Source: an uncultured delta proteobacterium
GTDB taxonomy: Bacteria > Desulfobacterota > Binatia > Binatales > Binataceae
Assembly: GCA_963765675.1 (NCBI GenBank)
Contig: CAVXXK010000001.1
Span: 27,485 to 91,484, forward strand
DNA: 64,000 bases
Direction: 5' to 3'
The notes under the pieces: generated by a model
Told to the model about the DNA's origin: nothing
The model's input: only the letters and a program-made list of their open reading frames with translations
The model's database searches: none
In this document: piece after piece, positions 26,037 through 35,156 of the stretch
Numbering within the stretch: the stretch's first letter is position 1
Layout: each line of letters begins with the position of its first letter
Made by a program: the position numbers and the translations under genes

Positions 26037-27185
26037 CTACCTGCCGATGCCAAGGCGGACGCGGGCGTAGGTTTCGGCGGACGAATCGAAATCGATACTG
26101 GCGTGCTGCGCGCCTACGTTGATGTTGCGGAACGCGGCCTGGAGTGGACTCGACTCGTACACTGAATGCGCTCCCGATCCGGAATAGAGCCGCGCGACGG
26201 CGCGACGGCATAGCTCGGCTGAATATGCAGCGTTCCACTTCACCCGCGCACGCTCCGCGAAGTTCATGCCCGCGCCTATTTCCATCAAACGCTCGAACTC
26301 GTTTTGCGTGTCGCCCTCGAGCAGCTCCGCACTGCGGATTTCCGCCGCCGCCTCAGCCAGGCGTATCTGGGTCGGGGCGTGCTCGGCCTTGCTCGCGCCG
26401 GTCAGGATCACGCGGCGCTCGCGCGTTCGCTCGATAAATTTGTCGAGCGCGAATTTCGCCGAGCCCAGCACCGCGGTCGCGACCGAATTCGAGAGCATCG
26501 CCTCGGCCGACAGCCGGTAGAGATTGCTCGCGTGATTGCGCGCGTGCGGACTCGATCCGCCGAACAGCACGCGCGTGTCGATCGCGCGATACGTCGGCAC
26601 AAAGACTCCGTGCGCGACCAAATCCTTGCTGCCCGAGCCGCGCAACCCGAGCACGCGCCAGGTATCGTCGACCTCGATCACATCGCGCGGGATCACGACG
26701 TGAACTTTGGGTCCGCGCGTCTGCGAATCGGCGCATCCGAGCATCACCCAGTCGGCATGGTCGATCCCGCTGCCGAATTGCCATCGCCCATCGATACGGT
26801 AGCCGCCATCGACGTCGCTCGCCGTCCCCTGCCACGAGAGCGTACCCGCGACCAGACCGTCGCTGCCGCCCGTGAAGACGTCATCCTGCGCAGCTTCGGG
26901 AAACGAGCCCATGCACCAATGATGCGCCCCCATCACCATCAGCACCCATCCGCTCGACGGACACGCCATCGAGATCGTCGTGACGGCGTCGGCAAGGGTG
27001 CGGAGCGTAAGCTCGTAGCCGCCGGCGCGCGCGGGAATCGGGATCCGGAACATTCCCGCGTCGCGCAGGATGCGCATGCTCTCGGGCGCGAGCATCCGCG
27101 CCTCGTCGGACGCGCGCGCATTGCGCTCGAGCGCGGGCGCAATCTCCGCGACCCGGCGCAAAACTTCCGCGCGATCGATTTTCAT
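26037..27185 (-). CDS. Acyl-CoA dehydrogenase-like flavoenzyme (ACAD fold; SfnB/HpaH-type monooxygenase-like)
   Basis: 383 aa, start at MKIDRAEVLRRVAEIAPALERNARASDEARMLAPESMRILRDAGMF…. It has the ACAD N/M/C domain architecture but lacks the classic catalytic Glu context. Confidence 0.65.
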   Translation of the reverse strand: MKIDRAEVLRRVAEIAPALERNARASDEARMLAPESMRILRDAGMFRIPIPARAGGYELTLRTLADAVTTISMACPSSGWVLMVMGAHHWCMGSFPEAAQDDVFTGGSDGLVAGTLSWQGTASDVDGGYRIDGRWQFGSGIDHADWVMLGCADSQTRGPKVHVVIPRDVIEVDDTWRVLGLRGSGSKDLVAHGVFVPTYRAIDTRVLFGGSSPHARNHASNLYRLSAEAMLSNSVATAVLGSAKFALDKFIERTRERRVILTGASKAEHAPTQIRLAEAAAEIRSAELLEGDTQNEFERLMEIGAGMNFAERARVKWNAAYSAELCRRAVARLYSGSGAHSVYESSPLQAAFRNINVGAQHASIDFDSSAETYARVRLGIGR

Positions 27186-27295
27186 CGCGGTATGGTTCCT
27201 CCCTGCACGATTCACTCCTAACCCGCGCGCGACGCGTCCGGCAACTGCCGCGGGTGCCTCGCGCGGCGCGGCGGCGGTGTGCTAACAAGCCGCGT

Positions 27296-28657
27296 ATGGC
27301 GTCGATGAAATTTCCTGAGGGATTTTTGTGGGGCACCGCGAGCGCCTCTTACCAGATCGAAGGAGCGTGGGACCACGACGGCAAGGGCGAATCGATCTGG
27401 GACCGCTTTTCACACACACCCGGCCGGATCAAAAACTCGTGGACCGGCGACGTCGCGTGCGATTTCTACCATCGCTTCAAGGACGATATCGCGCTTGAGG
27501 CCGAACTCGGGCTGAATGCCTCGCGCATCTCGCTTTCGTGGCCGCGCATCATGCCCGAAGGCAAGGGGCGCATCAACCAGAAGGGAATCGACTTCTACAA
27601 ACGCGTCGCCGACGAATTGCTCGCACGCAAGATCCAGCCTTGGGTCACGCTCTATCATTGGGATCTGCCGCAGGCGCTCGAGGAGCTCGGCGGATGGACC
27701 AATCGCGATCTCGCGGGCTACTTCGGCGACTATGCCGCCGCGTGCGCCGACGCGCTCGGTGATCGGGTCAAGCATTGGATGGTCTTCAACGAGCCGTGGA
27801 TTTTTACCATCTTCGGCTACCTACTCGGTAATCATGCGCCCGGCCGGCGTGACGGCGCGCAGGCGATCCGGGCGACGCACGTCGTCAACCTGGCGCAGGG
27901 ACTCGGGGTGCGCGCGCTGCGCGAGTCGCGTCACAAGCCGGCGGCGGTCGGAACCGCGTTCAGCATGTCGTCGGTCGAGCCCAACACCAATTCGCCCGAA
28001 GATAAAAGCGCCGCCGAACGATGGCATAGATTCAATAACCTGTGGTTCCTCGACACGGTGATGAAGGGTGAATATCCGAGGATCTACGACACCGGCGACG
28101 TCGCCGACCGGGTCGATATGCGGCCCGGTGATATGGAGACGATCAAGGCGCCGCTCGATTTTATCGGAATCAATCTCTACTTCCGGAGCATTGTCGCGCA
28201 CGACAACAACGCCGCGACACTCAACGTGCGGCAGATTCATCCGGAAACCAAGGAGCTGACCGATTTCGGATGGGAGATTTCGCCGCGCGCGCTTTCGGAC
28301 ATGACGAAGACGATCGCCGCCGACTATCCCGGCCTGCCGATCTATATCACCGAAAACGGATGCTCTTACGGTGACGCGCCGGGCGCCGACGGACGGGTGC
28401 ATGACACGCGGCGGATCGATTTCACCCGGCGCTATCTGGCGGAGCTATGGCGCGCGATCGAGAAAGGCGCCGACGTGCGCGGCTACTTCCATTGGACGTT
28501 GACGGACAATTTCGAATGGGCGGAAGGCTTCGCGCAGCGCTTCGGAATCGTCTACTGCGACTTCGATACTCTTGCCCGGACCGTCAAGGACAGCGGGCGA
28601 TGGTACGGGCAGATCGCGCGTAACAACGCGCTCGATCGCGACCCGGGCGCGCAATGA
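27296..28657 (+). CDS. GH1 family beta-glucosidase
   Basis: MASMKFPEGFLWGTASASYQIEGAW… is the GH1 N-terminal signature. It carries the catalytic acid …MVFNEPW… and nucleophile …YITENGCSY…. Confidence 0.92.
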   Translation: MASMKFPEGFLWGTASASYQIEGAWDHDGKGESIWDRFSHTPGRIKNSWTGDVACDFYHRFKDDIALEAELGLNASRISLSWPRIMPEGKGRINQKGIDFYKRVADELLARKIQPWVTLYHWDLPQALEELGGWTNRDLAGYFGDYAAACADALGDRVKHWMVFNEPWIFTIFGYLLGNHAPGRRDGAQAIRATHVVNLAQGLGVRALRESRHKPAAVGTAFSMSSVEPNTNSPEDKSAAERWHRFNNLWFLDTVMKGEYPRIYDTGDVADRVDMRPGDMETIKAPLDFIGINLYFRSIVAHDNNAATLNVRQIHPETKELTDFGWEISPRALSDMTKTIAADYPGLPIYITENGCSYGDAPGADGRVHDTRRIDFTRRYLAELWRAIEKGADVRGYFHWTLTDNFEWAEGFAQRFGIVYCDFDTLARTVKDSGRWYGQIARNNALDRDPGAQ

Positions 28658-29256
28658 CGCCCGCAATGAACGGCGCGGAAATCCTGGTCTGGATCCACGT
28701 GCTCGCCTGGGCCGCCTACTTCGGCGCTCAGTTCGCGGTCATCTATATGCTGATGCCCGCGGCCGAGGGCGCGCCCGACGAGGCGCACCGCCGCGCGAGC
28801 TTGATAACCGGCTTCAAATTTTACAATCCGTTTTCGATCGGGATGCTGGGGATCGTCGTGATCACGGGCGCGATGCGGCTGACCGATCTCAAGGCGGAGA
28901 TGAAGTTCGATTACTTTGCGCGAATCGGAGAGCCGCTCGCGATAAAGCTAGGGCTCGCGTTTCTGCTGATCTTCATCCAGACCTACATCACGTTCGGCTT
29001 ATCATTCAGAATCGGCCGGCAGGAAGAGGTTGCCGCACACGGCGACGGACCTGCGTTCACGGTCGAGCAGTTGAACTCGATGCTGAAGCGGATTCGCGCG
29101 ATGATCTGGGTAACGATCGTACTGACTGCCGCGGTGGTACTCGTGTCGCTGACTATTGTGCGGCGCGCGGCGGATGAGGCGACTACTGAGTCGCGCATCT
29201 CCGCGCGCGCCGCATTGGATTTGGACTTTACCCGGCCGCAGGTTCCAGCCGGTTAG
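28654..29256 (+). CDS. Hypothetical integral membrane protein
   Basis: Start overlaps the bglucosidase stop (ATGA). It has 4-5 TM helices (…ILVWIHVLAWAAYFGAQFAVIYMLM…, …LAFLLIFIQTYITFGLSF…). No recognisable domain. Confidence 0.45.
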   Translation: MTPAMNGAEILVWIHVLAWAAYFGAQFAVIYMLMPAAEGAPDEAHRRASLITGFKFYNPFSIGMLGIVVITGAMRLTDLKAEMKFDYFARIGEPLAIKLGLAFLLIFIQTYITFGLSFRIGRQEEVAAHGDGPAFTVEQLNSMLKRIRAMIWVTIVLTAAVVLVSLTIVRRAADEATTESRISARAALDLDFTRPQVPAG

Positions 29257-29293
29257 GCGGCGCGCGCGTCGCAGGCGACCCTTGCCAGATCGC

Positions 29294-29473
29294 TCAGGCG
29301 AGCGCGAGGAACGAGCAGACGAGATAGGCGAGCGTGATGAGCCCAAACGCCACGCCGGGAAGCTCGGTAAGGAAGCTATTCTGCGCGTAACGGATGTAGT
29401 CAGTCGGCGCCGCCGTCTCAGTCGCGGGCGTCAGTCCTGCAAACCGGGTACGGTTGGTGGTCGTCGCATTCAT
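29294..29473 (-). CDS. Small tail-anchored membrane peptide, paralog A (59 aa) of a tandem triplicated family
   Basis: MNATTTNRTRFAGLTPATETAAPTDYIRYAQNSFLTELPGVAFGLITLAYLVCSFLALA*. RBS GGGAGA lies 11 nt upstream of the ATG. It is below the 60-aa cutoff and so is absent from the ORF track. Its differences from paralog B in the C-terminal half are almost all synonymous (gcg/gcc, aat/aac, ctt/ctg, acc/acg, ccc/ccg). Confidence 0.7.
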   Translation of the reverse strand: MNATTTNRTRFAGLTPATETAAPTDYIRYAQNSFLTELPGVAFGLITLAYLVCSFLALA

Positions 29474-29506
29474 GGTCGTAATTCTCCCGTGAGTTATCTT
29501 TTCGTG

Positions 29507-29686
29507 TTATGCCAATGCCAGCAGGGACATCGCGATGTACGCCAGCGTGATAATTCCGAACGCCAGGCCCGGAAGCTCCGTCAGGAAGCTGTTCTGGGCG
29601 TAACGGATGTAGTCGATCGGCGCCGCCGTCTCAGTCGCGTGAGTCAATCCTGCAATCTCGGTACGGTTGGTGGTCGTCGCATTCAT
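29507..29686 (-). CDS. Small tail-anchored membrane peptide, paralog B (59 aa)
   Basis: MNATTTNRTEIAGLTHATETAAPIDYIRYAQNSFLTELPGLAFGIITLAYIAMSLLALA*. It has its own RBS (GGGAGAAGA). Confidence 0.7.
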   Translation of the reverse strand: MNATTTNRTEIAGLTHATETAAPIDYIRYAQNSFLTELPGLAFGIITLAYIAMSLLALA

Positions 29687-29717
29687 GGTCGTCTTCTCCC
29701 TTCGATTGTTTCGGTTG

Positions 29718-29897
29718 TTATGCCAAGGCCAGCAGGGAAGTCACGATGTACGCCAGCGTGAGCAGCCCAAACACGAGTCCCGGCACTTCGTCGAGCCAGC
29801 TGTACTGCGCCAGCCGAACGGCATCGGTCGACGCCGCGGCTTCTGCCACTTCCTCATACCCAGCCAGCCTTGCCTCATTGGTCGTCGTCGCGTTCAT
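29718..29897 (-). CDS. Small tail-anchored membrane peptide, paralog C (59 aa; most divergent)
   Basis: MNATTTNEARLAGYEEVAEAAASTDAVRLAQYSWLDEVPGLVFGLLTLAYIVTSLLALA*. RBS GGAGGA lies 7 nt upstream. It is the first gene of the array, next to the AT-rich control region. Confidence 0.65.
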   Translation of the reverse strand: MNATTTNEARLAGYEEVAEAAASTDAVRLAQYSWLDEVPGLVFGLLTLAYIVTSLLALA

Positions 29898-30209
29898 TTT
29901 AAGTTCCTCCGAAACTTGACTTCGGGAGGTAAAGCAGGACCTGTGCCATTGGAAAAACTCTCGATTTCAGAAGGATTTTGCTTTCGCAGCCTGTGCATAA
30001 TCTCAGTCAAAAGCCAAATAGTTAAGGATTTGTAAGGATTTTTCTGGAATCGCGTTTTGCGATACGCAAATTTCTTGTTTTCGACATTCGCGTGAATTTT
30101 CGGTTTTTGCGAAACACTGCAAGCAATCCAATGCAGTAAACTGATTGCATTAGACCCTCCTTCACGGAGTCTTTTAACCGTCATCACAATCTGCGACAGT
30201 GCCTTCATC
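29898..30209. promoter_or_regulatory. AT-rich divergent control region between the peptide array (-) and the ICMT-family methyltransferase (+)
   Basis: GC content is far below the genome average. It contains palindromes and repeats (TTGCGATACGCAA; TTTTGCGA x2; CAATGCAG…CTGATTGCATTAG). Confidence 0.5.
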
Positions 30210-30971
30210 ATGGACGACACGCCACCTGCTCCTTCGCCTCGCACGACCGGCGAGCTAATTGCTCCGACCGCAATCGCATCCGACGCGCCCCAGAGCGACC
30301 ACCGGACCGCATTGACCCGCGAGTCGATTGTGCGCTTCGGCGAGCAAATCATTTTCGTCACGGCGGTCGTCGGCGCGGTGGCGCTCGGGCTCGGTATCAC
30401 CGACTACTTTCGCGACCACCGGTACATCTCGGCCTATCTGATCGCGTACATCGGATTTCGTTTTGCGGAACTGATGGTCGGCGAGGATCCGCGGCATCCG
30501 GCCGAGGCTGCCCAGGCGCACGCGCAGCGCATCCAGACCCAGATCGCGGTGCTGATATTGTTTGCGGCCGCTCCGTTCGAGCGGACCTATCTATACGGCG
30601 GCGACCCGGAGAAATGGGTTGGCGCACTTGGACTGTTGCTCGAGCTTGGCGGCCTGTGGCTCGCGCTGGGAGCGCGTATCCAGTTGCATTTTTTTTCGTC
30701 CGACAAAAGCGGACGCGAACGGATGATCCTCGTAAAGACCGGATTTTTCCGCTACGTGCGCCATCCGGTTTACGCCGGCGTGCTGCTGGTGATGCTCGCG
30801 TGGCCGCTCGTGTTTGCGGCGCCGATCGTCGCGATCGCGACGCTGGCCGTGGGACTCACTATCGCGCGGCGTCAAATTCGCGCCGACGAAGCGATTCTGG
30901 CCGCGCGCTTTGGCAAAGAGTTCGAGGAATACTGTCACACGACGGACGCGCTCATCCCGAGCATCTGGTGA
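30210..30971 (+). CDS. Isoprenylcysteine carboxyl methyltransferase (ICMT) / phospholipid methyltransferase (PEMT) family membrane protein
   Basis: C-terminal …ERMILVKTGFFRYVRHPVYAGVLLVMLAWPLVF… and …EEAILAARFGKEFEEY… are ICMT/PEMT signature regions. It has an ~55-aa hydrophilic N-terminal extension followed by multiple TM helices. Confidence 0.75.
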   Translation: MDDTPPAPSPRTTGELIAPTAIASDAPQSDHRTALTRESIVRFGEQIIFVTAVVGAVALGLGITDYFRDHRYISAYLIAYIGFRFAELMVGEDPRHPAEAAQAHAQRIQTQIAVLILFAAAPFERTYLYGGDPEKWVGALGLLLELGGLWLALGARIQLHFFSSDKSGRERMILVKTGFFRYVRHPVYAGVLLVMLAWPLVFAAPIVAIATLAVGLTIARRQIRADEAILAARFGKEFEEYCHTTDALIPSIW

Positions 30972-31001
30972 GCTTGGCAAAAACCAATTCGCGATACGTG
31001 A

Positions 31002-31574
31002 TTATGCGGTGCGGGCGCGGCGCTGGCAGCGGACTTGATTGCAAAACTTCTCGTCGGCGCGCGCGGCGATGAATTCGCTGCCACATCGCGCACACTTCAC
31101 GATCGATTCTCCCGCCGCGAGCTGCGGCGGGGGCGCGGATTGCGCCACCGCGGCGGTCATGCTCTCGGTCGATTCGCCGTGCGCGCCGAGAGTTGCCAGA
31201 GCGTCGGCGCGTTCGTTGAGATCGTCGCCGGCGTGGCCGCGCACCCATTCGAATTCGACCTTGCGCTGCGCAGCTTCGGCGTCGAGCTGGCTCCACAGCT
31301 CCAGGTTCGCTTTGCGTTTCCATGCGCGCGTCATCGTGTTGACGACGTACTGGCTGTCGCTGCGCAGGATCACGCGCGCGCCAGGCTGGATCGCGCGCAA
31401 GGCCTGAATCGCCGCGGTCAGCTCCATCTGGTTGTTGGTGGTATGGCCGCCGTGGCCGTTGATCTCGCGGCGCGATCCGTCGGGCGCAATAATCACGACG
31501 CCCCATCCGCCGCGCCCGGGATTTCCATGGCACGCGCCGTCGGCGTACGCGAGATAGGCATCGCGAGAGGGCAT
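31002..31574 (-). CDS. rnhA: Ribonuclease HI with a C-terminal Cys-rich (zinc-ribbon-like) extension
   Basis: …AYADGACHGNPGRGGWGVVI…HGGHTTNNQMELTAAIQALRA…DSQYVVN…WVRGHAGDDLNERADALA… are RNase H catalytic motifs. The tail reads …CARCGSEFIAARADEKFCNQVRC…. Confidence 0.85.
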   Translation of the reverse strand: MPSRDAYLAYADGACHGNPGRGGWGVVIIAPDGSRREINGHGGHTTNNQMELTAAIQALRAIQPGARVILRSDSQYVVNTMTRAWKRKANLELWSQLDAEAAQRKVEFEWVRGHAGDDLNERADALATLGAHGESTESMTAAVAQSAPPPQLAAGESIVKCARCGSEFIAARADEKFCNQVRCQRRARTA

Positions 31575-31583
31575 CGTGAGATT

Positions 31584-33042
31584 CTACGCTGCGCCCCGCG
31601 TACGAGTTAAGGCGTCGAACCAATCGAGATAGCGGCGTGCGGATTGCGCCCAGGAAAAATCCTGCGCGAAGCAGTTCGTCACGAGCTTGCGCCACGCCGG
31701 CGGCTTCGCGAATGCGGCGGTCATCCGCGTGATCGCGGCGACCAACTCGTCGGCGGTCATATTTCTCGAACACAAAACCGGTTCCGCGTCCGGTCGCGGG
31801 ATCAAATTCGGTGACGGTGTCGCGCAAGCCTCCGGTCGCGCGGACGATCGGCGCGGTGCCGTACTTGAGCGCGTACATCTGGGTCAGCCCGCACGGCTCG
31901 AACCGCGACGGCATCAGGAACGCGTCGCAGCCAGCCTGGATGCGATGCGCCATCGGGTTGTCGAATTCCAGAATCACGCGGAACTGGTCCGGGAAGCGTT
32001 TGCGCGCGGCGCTGAAAAATTCCTCGAGCGCCTTGTCGCCACTCGCCAGCATCACGAGCTGCACCCCGAGCGCCATCACCTCGTCGAGCGCGTCGCGCAA
32101 CAGGTCGCAGCCCTTTTGCGTGGTAAGCCGCGTGACCATCCCGATAAGCGCGCGATCGTCCCATCCCGGCAGTTCGAGCGAGTCGCGCAGGTCGCGCGCG
32201 CATACGCGCTTGCCGTCGGGCATCGCCGGCGTATATTGCGCGGCGATCAGATCGTCGTGCGCGGGGTTCCATTCGCGATAGTCCGCACCGTTCAAGATTC
32301 CCACAAAGCGCTCGCCCTTGTTCCGCAGCACGCCTTCGAGGCCAAAACCGAGATCAGGATCGGCGGTGACTTCGCGCGCGTAGCTCGGGCTGACGGTCGA
32401 GACACCATCGGCGAGGATGATTGCGCCCTTCATCAGATTCATGCGGCCGAAGAATTCGAGCCCGTCGATTCCGAAGTACGCGGGATCGATTCCGAGCAGC
32501 GGAAATTTCGCGGCGTCGTAGATTCCCTGGAAGGCAAGATTGTGAATCGTAAAGGCGGTCGTGGCGCGCGCAAAACGTTCGCGTATCGCCGCGTCGGCGC
32601 GCGCAACGATCGGCGCGACCGCGGCATGCCAGTCATGCGCATGCAAAACGTCGGGCCTGATAATTTCGGCGGCCGCCATCGCAGCGGCTTTTCCGAAGAA
32701 GGCGAAGCGGCGCAGATTGTCGGGAAAGTCGCCTTCCTTGTCGCCGTATACTCCGTCGCGCGCGAAGAACTCCGGATGGTCGATCATAAAGATCGGCACG
32801 CCGTGGGAATCCTCGGCGCGCAGCACGCGGAACCGATGCGCCTCAGCGCCGAGATGCGCCGTCATCGCGGGGCCGACCGGCTCCGCCTTGAGCTTCGAGG
32901 TGATTGACTTGTAACCGGGAACGATAACGGCAGCCTCGGCGCCCGAATCTTTCAATGCGGCCGGCAGCGCACCGATGACATCGGCGAGTCCGCCGACTTT
33001 CGCCCACGGAGAAATTTCTGCTGCGACGATCGCGATCTTCAC
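31584..33042 (-). pseudogene. glgA: Glycogen synthase GlgA, reading frame interrupted by a 1-nt insertion near 31755-31768 (possible sequencing error)
   Basis: The N-terminal frame MKIAIVAAEISPWAKVGGLADVIGALP…GTGFVFEKYD then becomes junk. The authentic C-terminus (…TADELVAAITRMTAAFAKPPAWRKLVTNCFAQDFSWAQSARRYLDWFDAL) is in the +1 frame (track ORF 31584-31805). The track's 696-aa ORF is an artefact of read-through. Confidence 0.8.
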
Positions 33043-33126
33043 TACATGATCAGTAAAACATCAGAAGCCATCGCGCGCCAGAGAATCATATGAGGCGCGG
33101 CTCTTTCTGAAACCCTCTCCTTCGAA

Positions 33127-33975
33127 TCAGGGATAGAGCTTTACCGACTCCACATCCGAGCGAAATGCTGTGGTAGACAACGCGAAGCGCGGCGACGATG
33201 AGCAGTTCAATGCGGGCGCATGCAGGATCATCGGATGCACGAGGATTACGTCGCCGGGTTCGCCGGTCATCTCAACCACCCGCACCTCGACTCCGTCAAT
33301 CACCGTTCCCTCACTCATAAACCTCTGAACCCGATTCCCTGCCTCGTCCATCGAGCACAGCTTCTTCACCCAAGGATGTGCGCTGATCAGACGCTTGCGA
33401 GCATCATGAGAAGAGAGACGTTCGTCCTCGCGCACGAGCTTTTGGACGAGCCGATGCGAGCCGGCCACGAAGAGAGTCCCGCCCATCATCGGCGACAATT
33501 TCGCCAGGCATGTGAAGATCCGCACCGCCGTGAGTCCCAATGAAGAATGCGATGCGGGAAGATCCAGGTGCCAGGCGCTGCTCGGAACGTCCCACTGGCC
33601 CGTGGATTCCGGAAACGTGACGAGAAGCGATCCCCATCGCTTCGGTCGTTGCCACTGTCCCGAGCCCAGAAGTTCATCAATCGCGCCACAGACAACAGCG
33701 TTACCGACTTGTTCGAACGTCACCGACTTGGGCAGGTGACGAGTGCCAAGGAACCCATGAGTTGCGCGAGTCTGCTCCATCCGAGTGCTTCCAGCCTTGG
33801 GTTCCGGCCAGGTATTCGGTGCGTCGCGGTGGATGTAGTGTCGGTCGCGAAGGCAGTTCCAGATCGTCCGCAGCATATCCTCGGCGGCAGATTCGGCGAC
33901 GGCGCCGCGCATTCGGACAATTCCGCTTCGATCGAATTCCTGCCGCTGTTCAGTCGTAAGCATTGAGCACCTCAC
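33127..33975 (-). CDS. Phytanoyl-CoA dioxygenase (PhyH) family Fe(II)/2-oxoglutarate oxygenase
   Basis: …RDAPNTWPEPKAGSTRMEQ…WHLD…AGSHRL…LVHPMILHAP… is the HxD…H facial-triad arrangement typical of PhyH. The start may be the Met at 33963. Confidence 0.6.
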   Translation of the reverse strand: MRCSMLTTEQRQEFDRSGIVRMRGAVAESAAEDMLRTIWNCLRDRHYIHRDAPNTWPEPKAGSTRMEQTRATHGFLGTRHLPKSVTFEQVGNAVVCGAIDELLGSGQWQRPKRWGSLLVTFPESTGQWDVPSSAWHLDLPASHSSLGLTAVRIFTCLAKLSPMMGGTLFVAGSHRLVQKLVREDERLSSHDARKRLISAHPWVKKLCSMDEAGNRVQRFMSEGTVIDGVEVRVVEMTGEPGDVILVHPMILHAPALNCSSSPRFALSTTAFRSDVESVKLYP

Positions 33976-34007
33976 TTTTGATTATTTACATCCGCTCCAA
34001 CGAAAAC

Positions 34008-34063
34008 GCCCCGTGCTTGCCCATTTTTGATCTGGATGGGCAAACACGGGGCATCCCCGTGTT
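34008..34063. promoter_or_regulatory. Nested perfect palindromes upstream of the PhyH-family gene
   Basis: GCCCCGTGCTTGCCCAT-(11 nt)-ATGGGCAAACACGGGGC is a 17-bp inverted repeat with 1 mismatch. It overlaps ACACGGGG-CAT-CCCCGTGT (perfect 8-3-8). Confidence 0.45.
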
Positions 34064-34218
34064 CAGGCCTGCTTCGATACCGCGGAACAGGCGCAGATAT
34101 TTATTTTACAATCTAGCGGGAATTATGAAGCCCGCTCGATTTCAGAGATCATTTCTTCCAGAGTCTCGGCGCCGCGTCAACTCCGAGAACGATAGCCCGC
34201 GTTTTCAAGGCACCTTTT

Positions 34219-34294
34219 AATCGCGCGGCGCTGGCACGCCGCGCTGAATAAGGTCCCTCACCTGGCCTCTCCCTTTCAGGGCGAGGAATCAGAG
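34219..34294 (-). repeat. Structured dispersed repeat, partial copy 3 (left-end ~75 bp only)
   Basis: The reverse complement CTCTGATTCCTCGCCCTGAAAGGGAGAGGCCAGGTGAGGGACCTTATTCAGCGCGGCG…GCGCGATTAAAAG matches the first ~75 bp of copies 1 and 2. Confidence 0.75.
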
Positions 34295-34295
34295 A

Positions 34296-35048
34296 TCACG
34301 ATTTGCGGGACTTCGAGGTGAATGCTGCTATGCGCTCGCGCATGTCGGGGCCCACTCCGGCGCTGCGATAGACTTCGTGCGCGAGGCCCGCTTCGAGCGG
34401 GAGCGCGTCGGTCTCGATTAGCAGGCGCTTGTTCGCGCGATGACTATGCCACGAGTTGGCGAGGATCATCTTCGCGAGTCCAGCGAGCTCGCGATCGAAT
34501 GCGTCGTCGGCGACGCAAAAGTTCGCAAGGCCGATCGCAAGCGCCTCGGCGCCGGGATATGTGCGGCACGTGAACATCATCTCGCGCGCCTTCGACGGAC
34601 CGACGCGACGCGGCAGCCGCTGGCTCATCCCCCACGCGGGAGTTAGCGCCCAGCGCGCATGCGTGTCGGCGAACTTCGCGGACTCGGCGGCGAAAATAAT
34701 ATCGCCGGCCAGCGCAAGCTCGAGCGCGCCGGTGTAGCAATGCCCATGCACCGCCGAAATGACCGGTTGCGGAAGATTAGCCAGACGCTCGATCGTGTCG
34801 GCCTGAAAGTTCGGGCGCGGAGGCCGCTCACCAGCCGCGATATCGGCCAGATCGTGACCCGCCGAGAAACACTTGCCCGCGCCGCGCACGACGACCAGCC
34901 CGACGCGATCGGTCTCGCCCGCGATCGCATCGACATGCTCGCGCAGCTCTACGAACATCGGCACGTTGAGCGAGTTGAGTTTCTCGGGGCGGTTCAGCGT
35001 GAGCGTCGCGAGCCCGTCCTTGTCTTCTCGGAGCACGAGTCCTGCCAT
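34296..35048 (-). CDS. Enoyl-CoA hydratase/isomerase (crotonase) family protein
   Basis: …LATLTLNRPEKLNSLN…VVVRGAGKCFSAGHDLADI…AVHGHCYTGALELAL…. Confidence 0.85.
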   Translation of the reverse strand: MAGLVLREDKDGLATLTLNRPEKLNSLNVPMFVELREHVDAIAGETDRVGLVVVRGAGKCFSAGHDLADIAAGERPPRPNFQADTIERLANLPQPVISAVHGHCYTGALELALAGDIIFAAESAKFADTHARWALTPAWGMSQRLPRRVGPSKAREMMFTCRTYPGAEALAIGLANFCVADDAFDRELAGLAKMILANSWHSHRANKRLLIETDALPLEAGLAHEVYRSAGVGPDMRERIAAFTSKSRKS

Positions 35049-35156
35049 GGCGATTCCTCCCGCAAAATTCGACTCTACCTGAGCATCGGAAACCGCGTCG
35101 AGGGTCGCCGCACCGCGCCGCGTCTGCGCTATAGATGCAGGTTGAGGAATAGATCA

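Noticed and set aside
30952-33042. 696-aa single ORF on the minus strand
   Set aside because: It is a chimera. It is glgA up to ~31797, then out-of-frame read-through that is partly antisense to rnhA. The real GlgA C-terminus is in ORF 31584-31805.
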